Below the pieces are notes generated by a model. That model was not told the origin of the DNA. It saw only the letters and a list, made by a program, of their open reading frames with translations, and did not search any database. A DNA stretch of 64,000 bases from Defluviitaleaceae bacterium (lineage in GTDB: Bacteria > Bacillota > Clostridia > Lachnospirales > WQUN01): positions 3,638-67,637 of the forward strand of contig WQSR01000009.1 in assembly GCA_009787785.1 (NCBI GenBank), written 5' to 3'. This document shows positions 1 to 8,552 of this stretch, piece after piece. A program made the translations under genes and the position numbers. Every line of letters begins with the position of its first letter. Position 1 is the first letter of the stretch.

Positions 1-74
1 GTATTTTTCCTTTGGGAATGTTGTGATGTTAATATTATGACGTAAACGAGGACATATAGGGTAACGCTTGTTTT

Positions 75-1010
75 TTATGGATGGGTATAGTCTTGGACTA
101 TAACCCCGTATTCTGCCACAACAGATTTTAATTCTTCGAGATATAGGGTCGCTTGCTTGGTAAGCTGAATCGAACCGTGTGCAATCCAGCCCACTTCCAT
201 AAAATCGTCAATTTTCAAAGGCACGGCAATGATATTCTCACCATTCAAATCCGCGCTAAGTATGCCTGTTGATATGGTGTAGCCATTAAGCCCAATCATA
301 AGGTTAAAAATGGTGGCTCTGTCGCTCACACGGATGCTTTTCTTGCTAAACGCTGTGCTAAAAATTTCTTCCGAAAAATAGAAGGAATTATACTCGCCCT
401 GTTCAAAGGAAAGGCACGGGTAATCGGCCAAATCCTGTGTTGTTACATATTCCTTGGCGGCAAGGGGGTTTGCCGAACTGATAAAAACGTGTGGCTCGGC
501 GGTAAATAGCGGATAAAAAACCAACCCATTCTCACAGAGCAGTTTTTCTATCACTTTTCTGTTAAATGTGTTCATGTAAAGAATGCCCAATTCACTGCGT
601 AAATTTTTTACATCCGCTATGATTTCATATGTCCGTGTTTCCCGCAGGGTAAATTCATACTCATCTGCGCCGCTTTTTTTCACCATGTTTACAAAGGCGT
701 TTACCGCAAAGGCATAATGCTGGGTAGAAATTGAGCATAAACGGCGCGATGGCTTTTTATGCAAGTACCTCTGCTCCAAAAGACTCGCCTGTTCCATCAC
801 TTGCCGCGCATAGCCTAAAAACTCTATTCCGTCCGTGGTAAGACTAATCCCCTTGGGTGTGCGGGAAAAAAGTTCAATGCCCACTTCCCCTTCCAAATCC
901 TTGACTGCACTGGAAAGGCTGGGCTGGGTAACATAGAGGTTCTTGGCGGCTTTACTGATAGAGCCACAGTTTGCTATTTCTATAAAGTATTTCAAATGTT
1001 GTAACGTCAT
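75..1010 (-). CDS. LysR-family transcriptional regulator
   Basis: 311-aa ORF. The N-terminal wHTH MTLQHLKYFIEIANCGSISKAAKNLYVTQPSLSSAVKDLE is typical of LysR regulators. It is co-directional with the last cob-operon gene and 14 nt downstream of it. Confidence 0.9.
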   Translation of the reverse strand: MTLQHLKYFIEIANCGSISKAAKNLYVTQPSLSSAVKDLEGEVGIELFSRTPKGISLTTDGIEFLGYARQVMEQASLLEQRYLHKKPSRRLCSISTQHYAFAVNAFVNMVKKSGADEYEFTLRETRTYEIIADVKNLRSELGILYMNTFNRKVIEKLLCENGLVFYPLFTAEPHVFISSANPLAAKEYVTTQDLADYPCLSFEQGEYNSFYFSEEIFSTAFSKKSIRVSDRATIFNLMIGLNGYTISTGILSADLNGENIIAVPLKIDDFMEVGWIAHGSIQLTKQATLYLEELKSVVAEYGVIVQDYTHP

Positions 1011-1024
1011 ATGTGCATCCCCAT

Positions 1025-1273
1025 CTATCCGGCAGCGTTTGCTTCAATAATCTTTTTAATGATTACATCATAGTATTCCGGCACATGGGGCAGATGGCAG
1101 TCTATGCAAATTTTAAGCCCTCTTGCGCTACGGATAAATTTGCCGCCACACGCATCTGACGGGTAAAGGGGGCAGTAGCAAAACAGGCAATTAAACCGCG
1201 CTGATTCCGGTGCATTATGGCATGGAAAATGTTTGCATTCGTTGTTGTTGAAAAAACGCTCATTATTCTTCAT
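1025..1273 (-). CDS. Cysteine-rich small domain protein (cobalamin-cluster associated)
   Basis: 82-aa ORF with many Cys (CKHFPCH...CLFCYCPLYP...CGG...CIDCHLPH). It abuts the cobD stop. Domains of this kind are known to travel with cob genes. Confidence 0.7.
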   Translation of the reverse strand: MKNNERFFNNNECKHFPCHNAPESARFNCLFCYCPLYPSDACGGKFIRSARGLKICIDCHLPHVPEYYDVIIKKIIEANAAG

Positions 1274-2329
1274 CTAAATATCTCCCATCGCAGCTAACAA
1301 TTTGCTGTTGTTTTCTGCTGTTGACACAGCAATTCGGTAATAGCTGTCATCCAGTCCGTGGTAGTTCCCGCAAGCGCGGATGCGGATGCCTTTTCTATCG
1401 AGTTTTTCGCGCAAATCAAAAGGGTGCGGATTCCGAAAAAATATATAATTGGCTTCGGAAGTAGATATTTTGTATCCAAGCCGTGCCAGTTCTTTCACTA
1501 ATGTATTTCTTTGGGTGGATGTAAATGCTACTGTTCGTTTGATAAAATCTTCCGCGCCATCAAGTGCCGCCAGCCCTGCCCCCTGTGCTAAATTAGACAC
1601 AGCCCAATCCGCTCCATGAAAATATAAACTGTCAATCAAGGCTTCATCTGAGCATAGGGCATAACCAAGACGGATACCCGGCAAAGCGAACATTTTTGTA
1701 AATGCTTTCAAAATAACGAGATTTGGATATTCTTCAAGGTAGATTTTACTGGTATGTAAAACCGCCTGTTGCGCAAAATCCATAAAACATTCGTCAACAA
1801 CAACCCATGCGCCGATTTGCTTGGCGCAGTCCAGCAATTCGCCAATCAACCGAGCCTCTGTTAGCTTGCCGGTGGGATTATTAGGATTGCATACATAAAT
1901 AAGAGTGGGTTTTTCTTTCTGCACAGCTTTAATAAATCTACCATCCAGTGTAAAATCATCATCCCGATACATAACATGGCGGCATATTTCCGCGCCATAT
2001 GATTGTGCCGACCTTTCGTAATCAGCAAAAGTAGGCGCACAAACCATTACTTTTTTTGCCTTCATTGCTCTCGGCAAGCGGAAAATAATGTCAGATGCTC
2101 CATTACCAAAGAATATCCATTCTGGCTTTACGCCTTCAAATACTGCTGTTTTTTCGCACAGTAAAGTGTTGAAATTGTCGGGATAGCGGTTGATATTTGG
2201 AAATTCACGGATAATCGCGGACTCTACCCCTTCCGGCACACCCAGCGGGTTTATGTTGGCAGATAAATCAATGATGCCTTCATTTCCATGTTCAAAAACG
2301 GCATTTCCACCGTGGCTGTATTTATACAT
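1274..2329 (-). CDS. cobD: L-threonine-O-3-phosphate decarboxylase (class I/II aminotransferase fold)
   Basis: 351 aa. Starts HGGN...IDLSANINPLG and has the PLP-aminotransferase-like core (YVCNPNNPTG). ATG at 2327-2329. It overlaps the cbiB stop by 8 nt and ends in TAG. Confidence 0.88.
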   Translation of the reverse strand: MYKYSHGGNAVFEHGNEGIIDLSANINPLGVPEGVESAIIREFPNINRYPDNFNTLLCEKTAVFEGVKPEWIFFGNGASDIIFRLPRAMKAKKVMVCAPTFADYERSAQSYGAEICRHVMYRDDDFTLDGRFIKAVQKEKPTLIYVCNPNNPTGKLTEARLIGELLDCAKQIGAWVVVDECFMDFAQQAVLHTSKIYLEEYPNLVILKAFTKMFALPGIRLGYALCSDEALIDSLYFHGADWAVSNLAQGAGLAALDGAEDFIKRTVAFTSTQRNTLVKELARLGYKISTSEANYIFFRNPHPFDLREKLDRKGIRIRACGNYHGLDDSYYRIAVSTAENNSKLLAAMGDI

Positions 2330-3305
2330 AAATAAATCCTCTCAGAACGAAGCCGACTGCCGCCAGCACCACCACCGCAAGTACGGAAGCGGCGTACATT
2401 AAACGATTGGCGGCTTTGATATGCTTCGGGTCGGGAACATTAACATCATCACCGATTGTGGGTTTATGGACGAGAACACCGCGATAATAGCTGTCACCGC
2501 CAAGGCATAAGCCAAGCGCACCCGCGCAAACGGACTCGGTTTGTGCGGCATTGGGGCTTTTGTGGTTGTTTCGGTCTCTGGCATAAATTCGAGCCGCGCC
2601 TTTTATATCGCCGCCAACAAATATACTTCCCACCATCATCAGCAATGCGGAAATCCTCGCCGGAATAAAATTCACCACATCATCTAAACGAGCCGCAAAC
2701 TTGCCAAAATATTCATAATCATCGTTTCTGTAACCAATCATGGAATCCAATGTATTCACCGCTTTGTAAGCCATGCCCAAAGGTGCGCCTCCGATGAAGA
2801 TGAATATAAGTGGGGCAATAACGCCATCCGATAAATTTTCTGCCACCGTTTCCACAGCGGCTTTTGTAACGCCTTGTTCATCAAGGTTTTGTGTATCTCT
2901 GCCAACAATCCATGACAGATTTTTTCGCGCCTCTTGCAAATTCCCTGCGGCTAATGAGTGGTACACTTTCATACTCTCGACTTTGAGTGCCTTTGCCGCA
3001 ATTAGGAAATAGCAGATTACAGCTTCGGCAACTAAGCCAATCCACCAATTGATTTGATAAAATCCCCATGTGAGAAGCCTTGTAGCCACAAAAGAAAGGC
3101 ACACAACAGTTATTGTCAAAATCATTCCGGCTATAAACTGGATGGCGTGATTTTGCACTTTCACCTTTTTGAACGCCTTAATTCCCCAAGAGATACAATT
3201 TCCAATAAGCCGTATTGGATGGATGGGGTTTTGCGGGTCTCCAATAATGCTGTCGAGTAGAAATGCAATTATTATGACAATCGCAAAATTTTCTGTAAAA
3301 ATCAT
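2322..3305 (-). CDS. cbiB: Adenosylcobinamide-phosphate synthase (membrane protein)
   Basis: 327 aa, hydrophobic, with the CbiB signature DPQNPIHPIRLIG near the N-terminus. Its ATG (3303-3305) overlaps the TGA of the extended upstream frame as ATGA. Confidence 0.9.
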   Translation of the reverse strand: MIFTENFAIVIIIAFLLDSIIGDPQNPIHPIRLIGNCISWGIKAFKKVKVQNHAIQFIAGMILTITVVCLSFVATRLLTWGFYQINWWIGLVAEAVICYFLIAAKALKVESMKVYHSLAAGNLQEARKNLSWIVGRDTQNLDEQGVTKAAVETVAENLSDGVIAPLIFIFIGGAPLGMAYKAVNTLDSMIGYRNDDYEYFGKFAARLDDVVNFIPARISALLMMVGSIFVGGDIKGAARIYARDRNNHKSPNAAQTESVCAGALGLCLGGDSYYRGVLVHKPTIGDDVNVPDPKHIKAANRLMYAASVLAVVVLAAVGFVLRGFIYV

Positions 3306-3949
3306 ATCTTGTTTACAGGCAACATGGCATAGGTATCTCTTGTTATTTTTTCGCCAAAGGCAAAAGCGACCGGGTGGTTAAAAATTGCGCCATCGGAAAC
3401 AAATGTATGCTACTCTCCATTTTCACCGCATATATCTGCACCTTGGGAAGCGATACGCTCCGCGACTTCTTTAGTTAGCTGTTGCCCTAAAAATTCATCG
3501 CTTAGGTATTTAGTGTTTACAATGGATATGGTTGCAACAAAACCGCTGTCGATAATTTCATATACGACATCTTTCCGGCTCTCGCCCCAAAGTGGAAATA
3601 ATGCCTCTATACCAACATTTTTACATCTTTCGGTACACCATTCCAAATGCCCTTCGATGTCAATATCACCAAAGACACAGGCTTCCGCGCCTTGTTCCTT
3701 GGCACGTTGTAATGCCTTTTCAAAATTCTGCAAGTATTCTTCGCCGCTTGTTTTTATTAGCCACAGCGGAATATTTACCGATTTTGACACGCTGTCCAAT
3801 ACATCTTCTGTCAATCCATGAAAATGGGAACGGTCAGCATCGGTGTTGTATGTTGTGATTAGGGCAATCGGCTCATGCCCTTGTTTTATGGCTCTGTGAA
3901 CAGCTAACGCGCTTTCTTTGCCGCCGCTGTAAGATGCAACAAATTTCAT
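3302..3949 (-). pseudogene. PP-loop ATP pyrophosphatase of the MJ0570/Dph6 (diphthine-ammonia-ligase-like) family, interrupted by a single in-frame TAG at 3410-3412
   Basis: Starts MKFVASYSGGKESALAV (PP-loop SGGKES). The tracked ORF stops after ...ICGENGE. The same frame continues as HTFVSDGAIFNHPVAFAFGEKITRDTYAMLPVNKI and ends in a TGA that overlaps the cbiB ATG. TAG sits where the family motif GE.GE[Y/F].TFV has an aromatic residue. Confidence 0.65.
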
Positions 3950-4788
3950 TATTCCACACCTTCTTCTAATATTTTGTGTATCAATTCCATATCAAGAGAT
4001 TTGCGTACATTTTCCGCTATATGGTTAAACTGCGCCTCAAAATCTGTTGATGGCTCGAAGCTTACGTCATTATCAAACAGACCATCCTCTTCGGGCAGAT
4101 TAATTTCGGTGTAAGGGATTACCCCGGCAACGGGGCGATTGGTTATATCTGCAAGAATTTTCACTCCATCGGCAAAATATGAAGGTTCGCCTTTGAAGCG
4201 GTTTACTATGGTAGCTTTAACATAATTTTTTTCGGTTTCGTCCATTAAGCTAATTGTGCCGAACAGGGAAGCGAAAATGCCGCCTCGGTCGATGTCGGAC
4301 ACCAATATAACAGGGGATTTTGCTCTTTTTGCCATGCCCATGTTGACAATATCATCTTTGTTTAGGTTTAGTTCCACAGGGCTTCCCGCGCCTTCAATAA
4401 TAATCACATCATATTTATTACAGAGACGGATATACGCCGACATAATTTCCGGCACCAATTTTTGTTTAATTTCCTTGAAGTTATAGGCATTTATGTTGTC
4501 AAAATGTTTACCATTTAGAATAACCTGTGTTGATTTTTGTGGTGAGGGTTTCAAAATAATGGGGTTCATGTCGGGGGTTGGTTCTGCCCCTGCCGCCAAT
4601 GCCTGTAACCATTGCGAAATGGCGATTTCTTCCCGGTTGGCAGTTAGGCAAGTATTATTTGTCATATTCTGTGCCTTAAAGGGTGCAACAGAGTATCCGT
4701 CTTGTTTGAAAATTCTGCACAATGCAAGTGTGAGTATGGTTTTGCCAACGCCGGAAGCCGTACCTTGTATCATGAGTGATTTTGCCAT
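3949..4788 (-). CDS. Cobyric acid synthase-like protein: CobQ/CbiP synthetase domain only, without the glutamine amidotransferase domain
   Basis: 279 aa. The N-terminus MIQGTASGVGKT...CRIFKQDGYSVAPFKAQNM...NPIILKP matches the CobQ signature. Length is a little over half of canonical CobQ. TAATG overlaps on both sides (btuC stop, PP-loop start). Confidence 0.8.
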   Translation of the reverse strand: MAKSLMIQGTASGVGKTILTLALCRIFKQDGYSVAPFKAQNMTNNTCLTANREEIAISQWLQALAAGAEPTPDMNPIILKPSPQKSTQVILNGKHFDNINAYNFKEIKQKLVPEIMSAYIRLCNKYDVIIIEGAGSPVELNLNKDDIVNMGMAKRAKSPVILVSDIDRGGIFASLFGTISLMDETEKNYVKATIVNRFKGEPSYFADGVKILADITNRPVAGVIPYTEINLPEEDGLFDNDVSFEPSTDFEAQFNHIAENVRKSLDMELIHKILEEGVE

Positions 4789-5807
4789 TATGCTCGTTCC
4801 TTCCTTTTGTTGAAATAAATGTAAGCGAAAAACGGTGCGCCGATTAAAGCGGTAACAGCACCCACCGGCAGTTCAACGGGGGATGTCACCGTTCGTGCCG
4901 CAAGGTCGGCAAGTACCATAAAAGTGCCACCCAGCACAGCAGACATAGGAATAACGTGCCTATGCGCCGAGCCAAAAATCTTCCGAACGATATGTGGGGC
5001 AACTAAATCCACAAATCCGATAACGCCGACAAATGCAATGGTGCTTCCTGTCAAAGCGGCGGCTGTAATCAGTAAAGTCAGCTTCACGCGCCGAATATTC
5101 ACACCGATGGTTTGCGCTTGCTCTTCGCCAAAGGTCATGACATCCAATTCCCATTTGAAGCGTGAAATGAAAAAGATGCCAATCAATGCGACAGGGGCGA
5201 GGATATACACGGTCTGCCAATCGCGCATGGAAAAACTGCCCATTTGCCAAAATATCATCCGTTGCGCGTTTTCGCGAAACAATGCGAACATTAGTGTTGT
5301 AATGGCATTAATAAACAGCGCGAACACCATGCCCGCTAAAATAATGGTGTGGTTCTCCATGCGAACATCCAACTGCCGCGCAATCGCCATCACGATTAAA
5401 ATAGTAGCGAGCCCAAAAACGAAACCCAAAATCGGCAAAGTCAGCATGGGTAAAAACGGCAAAGCCACACCCATGAAAATGACCAAAGCCGCGCCAAGGG
5501 ACGCGCCGGAGGATACACCCAGCGTGTAAGACGAAGCCAGCGGGTTTCGTAAAACCGACTGCATAACCGCGCCGCTCACAGATAATGCCGCACCCGCAAT
5601 AAAAGCCAGTACAGCGCGAGGCAAACGCAAATTCCACACGATGGCGGCATGAGCAGGGGTAACGTGTTCGGGCAATTCAAACCCGAACACGTTATGCCCA
5701 ATTATGTGCAATACACTCATGGGAGGGATATTTACACTTCCAATTGCAATGCCCAAAAGTATCGCAACAACGCTCACGCATACAGCAATAGCTATTTTTG
5801 TTTTCAT
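4788..5807 (-). CDS. FecCD/BtuC-family ABC permease (corrinoid/siderophore type)
   Basis: 339 aa with about 9-10 hydrophobic segments and the typical RLPR...GAALS...G motif region. ATGA overlap with the upstream binding-protein gene. Confidence 0.9.
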   Translation of the reverse strand: MKTKIAIAVCVSVVAILLGIAIGSVNIPPMSVLHIIGHNVFGFELPEHVTPAHAAIVWNLRLPRAVLAFIAGAALSVSGAVMQSVLRNPLASSYTLGVSSGASLGAALVIFMGVALPFLPMLTLPILGFVFGLATILIVMAIARQLDVRMENHTIILAGMVFALFINAITTLMFALFRENAQRMIFWQMGSFSMRDWQTVYILAPVALIGIFFISRFKWELDVMTFGEEQAQTIGVNIRRVKLTLLITAAALTGSTIAFVGVIGFVDLVAPHIVRKIFGSAHRHVIPMSAVLGGTFMVLADLAARTVTSPVELPVGAVTALIGAPFFAYIYFNKRKERA

Positions 5808-6829
5808 CGGAAATATTCGGGGAATACTGCCTCCGCTATTTGCCGCAAAGCGATTACAATGTTATGGCTCGGACGATTACTGGCGTTGGCATCAATTTGG
5901 AACACATCGCCGTTTTGCACCGCTGTAATTACATTAAAACCCGGTCTTTCCATGATTTCGCCAAGGGGGTCATCCAGGAAGTCCGTGGAAGTAAGGATTA
6001 CATCGGGGTTTGCCTCAAGAAGCACCTCGTCCGTAACAGGAATCCAGCCTACTTGGCCGGCAAAAATATTGGTTGCGCCTACCAATTCAATCATTTCATT
6101 CAAGAATGTTTCTGTGCCAAAGCTGAACATCCACGGCGCGGGGGAAACTTCAAAGTAGACCGTCCGCGTCTCCGCAATGGTGGCGGCTATTTGACCAATT
6201 TCATCTATTGACCCTTGCATGGTAGAAATAATGCCTTCCCCGGCTTCGTTGGCTTCCATCACGGCTGCAATAAATCGTATATCCTCCATGATGGCGGCTA
6301 TGCTTACGCTGATGGGCATATAAATAACCGTAATACCCGCCGCCGAAACAGGGGCCAATGGGTCATCGCCGCCAACCCTTGTCATACCTGTTATCAGCAC
6401 AAGGTCGGGCATTAAATTGACAATATACTCTGCATCAAGTCCCATCATGTCCAGTTCGGTGGAAATGCGGTCGGGTATTCCCACAACGTCTGCCGAGAAC
6501 ATATCAGCGGCAATAATTCTGTCACTTAATCCCAAAGCAACAAGGATTTCTGTGTTAGACGGCCCGATGGAAATAATTGTGTTGATTTCATCGGGCAGGG
6601 AGATGGCATAACCTTCCCGGTCGGTGTCGGGTCGCACTCGCGCCGGGGCAGGTTCTTCCGGTGTAGGTGTTGCGGCCGGGGTTGGGGAAGGTGTTGCTTC
6701 AGCCGTTGGACTGGGGCTTGGTGATGGTGTTGCGACCGGGGTGGAGTTGTTACCACCGCAGGCTGTGAAAATCATGGCCATGATTAACAGCAAGCCGAGA
6801 AGCGTGATGAGGCTTCTTTTTTTGAGCAT
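5804..6829 (-). CDS. BtuF-like periplasmic-binding lipoprotein (ABC substrate-binding protein, cluster A type)
   Basis: 341 aa. Signal peptide with lipobox (LLIMAMIFTAC), a Pro/Thr/Ser-rich linker, then a PBP domain. It lies in a B12-riboswitch operon next to a BtuC-type permease. Confidence 0.85.
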   Translation of the reverse strand: MLKKRSLITLLGLLLIMAMIFTACGGNNSTPVATPSPSPSPTAEATPSPTPAATPTPEEPAPARVRPDTDREGYAISLPDEINTIISIGPSNTEILVALGLSDRIIAADMFSADVVGIPDRISTELDMMGLDAEYIVNLMPDLVLITGMTRVGGDDPLAPVSAAGITVIYMPISVSIAAIMEDIRFIAAVMEANEAGEGIISTMQGSIDEIGQIAATIAETRTVYFEVSPAPWMFSFGTETFLNEMIELVGATNIFAGQVGWIPVTDEVLLEANPDVILTSTDFLDDPLGEIMERPGFNVITAVQNGDVFQIDANASNRPSHNIVIALRQIAEAVFPEYFR

Positions 6830-6844
6830 TTGGAAATCTCTCCT

Positions 6845-7429
6845 TTAGATGGGTTGATATAGTTTAAGCCCATCGGGAACAATGGAATATCCTCGCCCCG
6901 GTTGTGGCTGCCACTCATAGAAATTTTTGGTATTGGGGAATAAATGCGCCATGATGGAAACAATTACACCGCCATGACACACTACAAATAAATCGCCTTG
7001 CCATTTTTCTGTCAGCATTTCAAACCCCTGTAAAACGCGGCGTGTGAAATCTTGCCTGTTTTCACCGCCGGGGCAAGAAACGCCCCCGGCTTCGTCGGTT
7101 ATCCATGCTTGGTAATCATCTTGCTCTTTTAACATCTCGTAACTTTTCATTTCAAAACTGCCAAAATTAAATTCTGCAAGCTGTGGAATGGCTACCCTTG
7201 GAACAGAGCCGTATAATAAATCGAGTGTCTGCTCGGTACGCATTAATCCGCTGGTGAAATAAAAATCTGCACATTTTGGGTATATGCCTTTCTCTTTTAA
7301 TTCCACGAGTTCTATAATCCCCGCATCCGATAAGGGAAGGTCTGTCGCGCCACAGTATAATTTCTGTTCATTCGCGGGGGTCTTGCCGTGGCGGATTAAA
7401 TGGATTTTAATATCGTTGGTATTCCGCAA
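6845..7429 (-). CDS. cobC: Alpha-ribazole phosphatase (histidine phosphatase family)
   Basis: 194 aa with the catalytic motif HLIRHGKT near the N-terminus. The first codon in the track is TTG, so the start is uncertain. Cob-operon context. Confidence 0.8.
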   Translation of the reverse strand: MRNTNDIKIHLIRHGKTPANEQKLYCGATDLPLSDAGIIELVELKEKGIYPKCADFYFTSGLMRTEQTLDLLYGSVPRVAIPQLAEFNFGSFEMKSYEMLKEQDDYQAWITDEAGGVSCPGGENRQDFTRRVLQGFEMLTEKWQGDLFVVCHGGVIVSIMAHLFPNTKNFYEWQPQPGRGYSIVPDGLKLYQPI

Positions 7430-7782
7430 AACAGCCGCACCACCTCACCGGAATTTTGTGCCAATTGCCCCATGGCCCTGCCCACCGCCTCTCGCCATTT
7501 CCGAAAGGTGGCATCAATCGGCACTATGCCGCCGGAAATGTCGTTACATATGACAATGGCGTCCGGGTTTTCTGTTATAAACTGCTTTATTGATTCTGTG
7601 GCATCGGCATTTTTCTTTATCATCGCAAGCATCCATTTGTCTATCTCGTAAACAACCGTCTTGCCTTTGGGCATATCGGTATCCGTGTCATTACAAAAAT
7701 GCACATCATCTTTTGAACGTCCAAACCGCTCCAAGGTGTAATCCAGCTTTCCTTGGTACGCGCCGCCAAAAATTAAAACCAT
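7396..7782 (-). CDS. Short CobU-like paralog with degenerate Walker A
   Basis: The internal ATG at 7780-7782 is preceded by GGAG. The product starts MVLIFGGAYQGKL (GxxxxGK followed by L instead of S/T). The C-terminal half VICNDISGGIVPIDATFRKWREAVGRAMGQLA...GIPTILK resembles the canonical CobU C-terminus. About 128 aa versus about 180 for CobU. Confidence 0.6.
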   Translation of the reverse strand: MVLIFGGAYQGKLDYTLERFGRSKDDVHFCNDTDTDMPKGKTVVYEIDKWMLAMIKKNADATESIKQFITENPDAIVICNDISGGIVPIDATFRKWREAVGRAMGQLAQNSGEVVRLFCGIPTILKSI

Positions 7783-8552
7783 ATCCGCATCTCCAATCCC
7801 TGCAACAGAGCCAGTGCAATAAGCCCGCAAACTTCACCTATAACAAGCGCGTATCCCAGCAAATCCCCGGATATGCCATTGAAATCTTTGTACACGATTC
7901 TGATTGCCGCGCCATAACCTACAATCACCGCAACCGAAACAATAAGACCGAAAGTTCCGGCGTATACATAGGAAAGGGCAACCGCGCCAATGGCGATAAA
8001 GATGATGAAAACCTTATTTCCTGTGCCGGCATTTTGCCCCAGCATCGCGCTGTAATTGCTGATGGGCATATGGCGTAAAAAGAATATAGAAAACGCAGAG
8101 CAAGCCCTTGACAGCACACATATGGTAATCAGCAATGCCAAAAACCGCCCATTTTCCACGATGGTATACATCGCCGCAAACTGTAATAAAAACAGAATTA
8201 CAAGCATCACAACGGCAAACGCACCCACATTTGGGTCTTTCAAAATGCGCAGTTTTTCTTCCAGTGGTCGGCGCGACAGCCGCGCATCGCTTGTATCCAT
8301 ATATCCATCCAAATGGATGAACCCTGCCGTAAAAAACGGAACGACGGTCATAAGTGCGGCCACCATTATGAGTGGGAAATTTGGCGCAAGCAGTAGCAAT
8401 CCGGCACCCCACCATATCGCGCCAAGAATCAACCCAACCACCGGGAGGGATGAAACCATGATGGCGGTCAGCTTCTCATCCCAAATATGGAAGGGTAGGG
8501 GTATTGCGCAGAACATTCCCAATGCCATGTAAAAGCCCCTAATAAATCGCAT
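7773..8552 (-). CDS. cobS: Adenosylcobinamide-GDP ribazoletransferase (cobalamin 5'-phosphate synthase)
   Basis: 259-aa polytopic membrane protein. CobS-like N-terminus (FYMALGMFCAIPLP) and DGYMDTSD-type motif (HLDGYMDTSDA). Confidence 0.9.
   Translation of the reverse strand: MRFIRGFYMALGMFCAIPLPFHIWDEKLTAIMVSSLPVVGLILGAIWWGAGLLLLAPNFPLIMVAALMTVVPFFTAGFIHLDGYMDTSDARLSRRPLEEKLRILKDPNVGAFAVVMLVILFLLQFAAMYTIVENGRFLALLITICVLSRACSAFSIFFLRHMPISNYSAMLGQNAGTGNKVFIIFIAIGAVALSYVYAGTFGLIVSVAVIVGYGAAIRIVYKDFNGISGDLLGYALVIGEVCGLIALALLQGLEMRIWF

Noticed and set aside
3410-3412. Idea that TAG is reassigned genome-wide (for example, a sense codon)
   Set aside because: TAG terminates cobU (8539-8541), cobD (1274-1276), rplA, sigF and crh at positions matching normal protein ends. 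Only local read-through, recoding or mutation remains possible.
4788-5807. Idea that the permease-less ABC ATPases at 30072-31636 are the missing partners of the BtuC-type permease
   Set aside because: They are MacB/LolD-type rather than BtuD/FepC-type by motif context. They lie 25 kb away on the other strand in a separately coupled operon.
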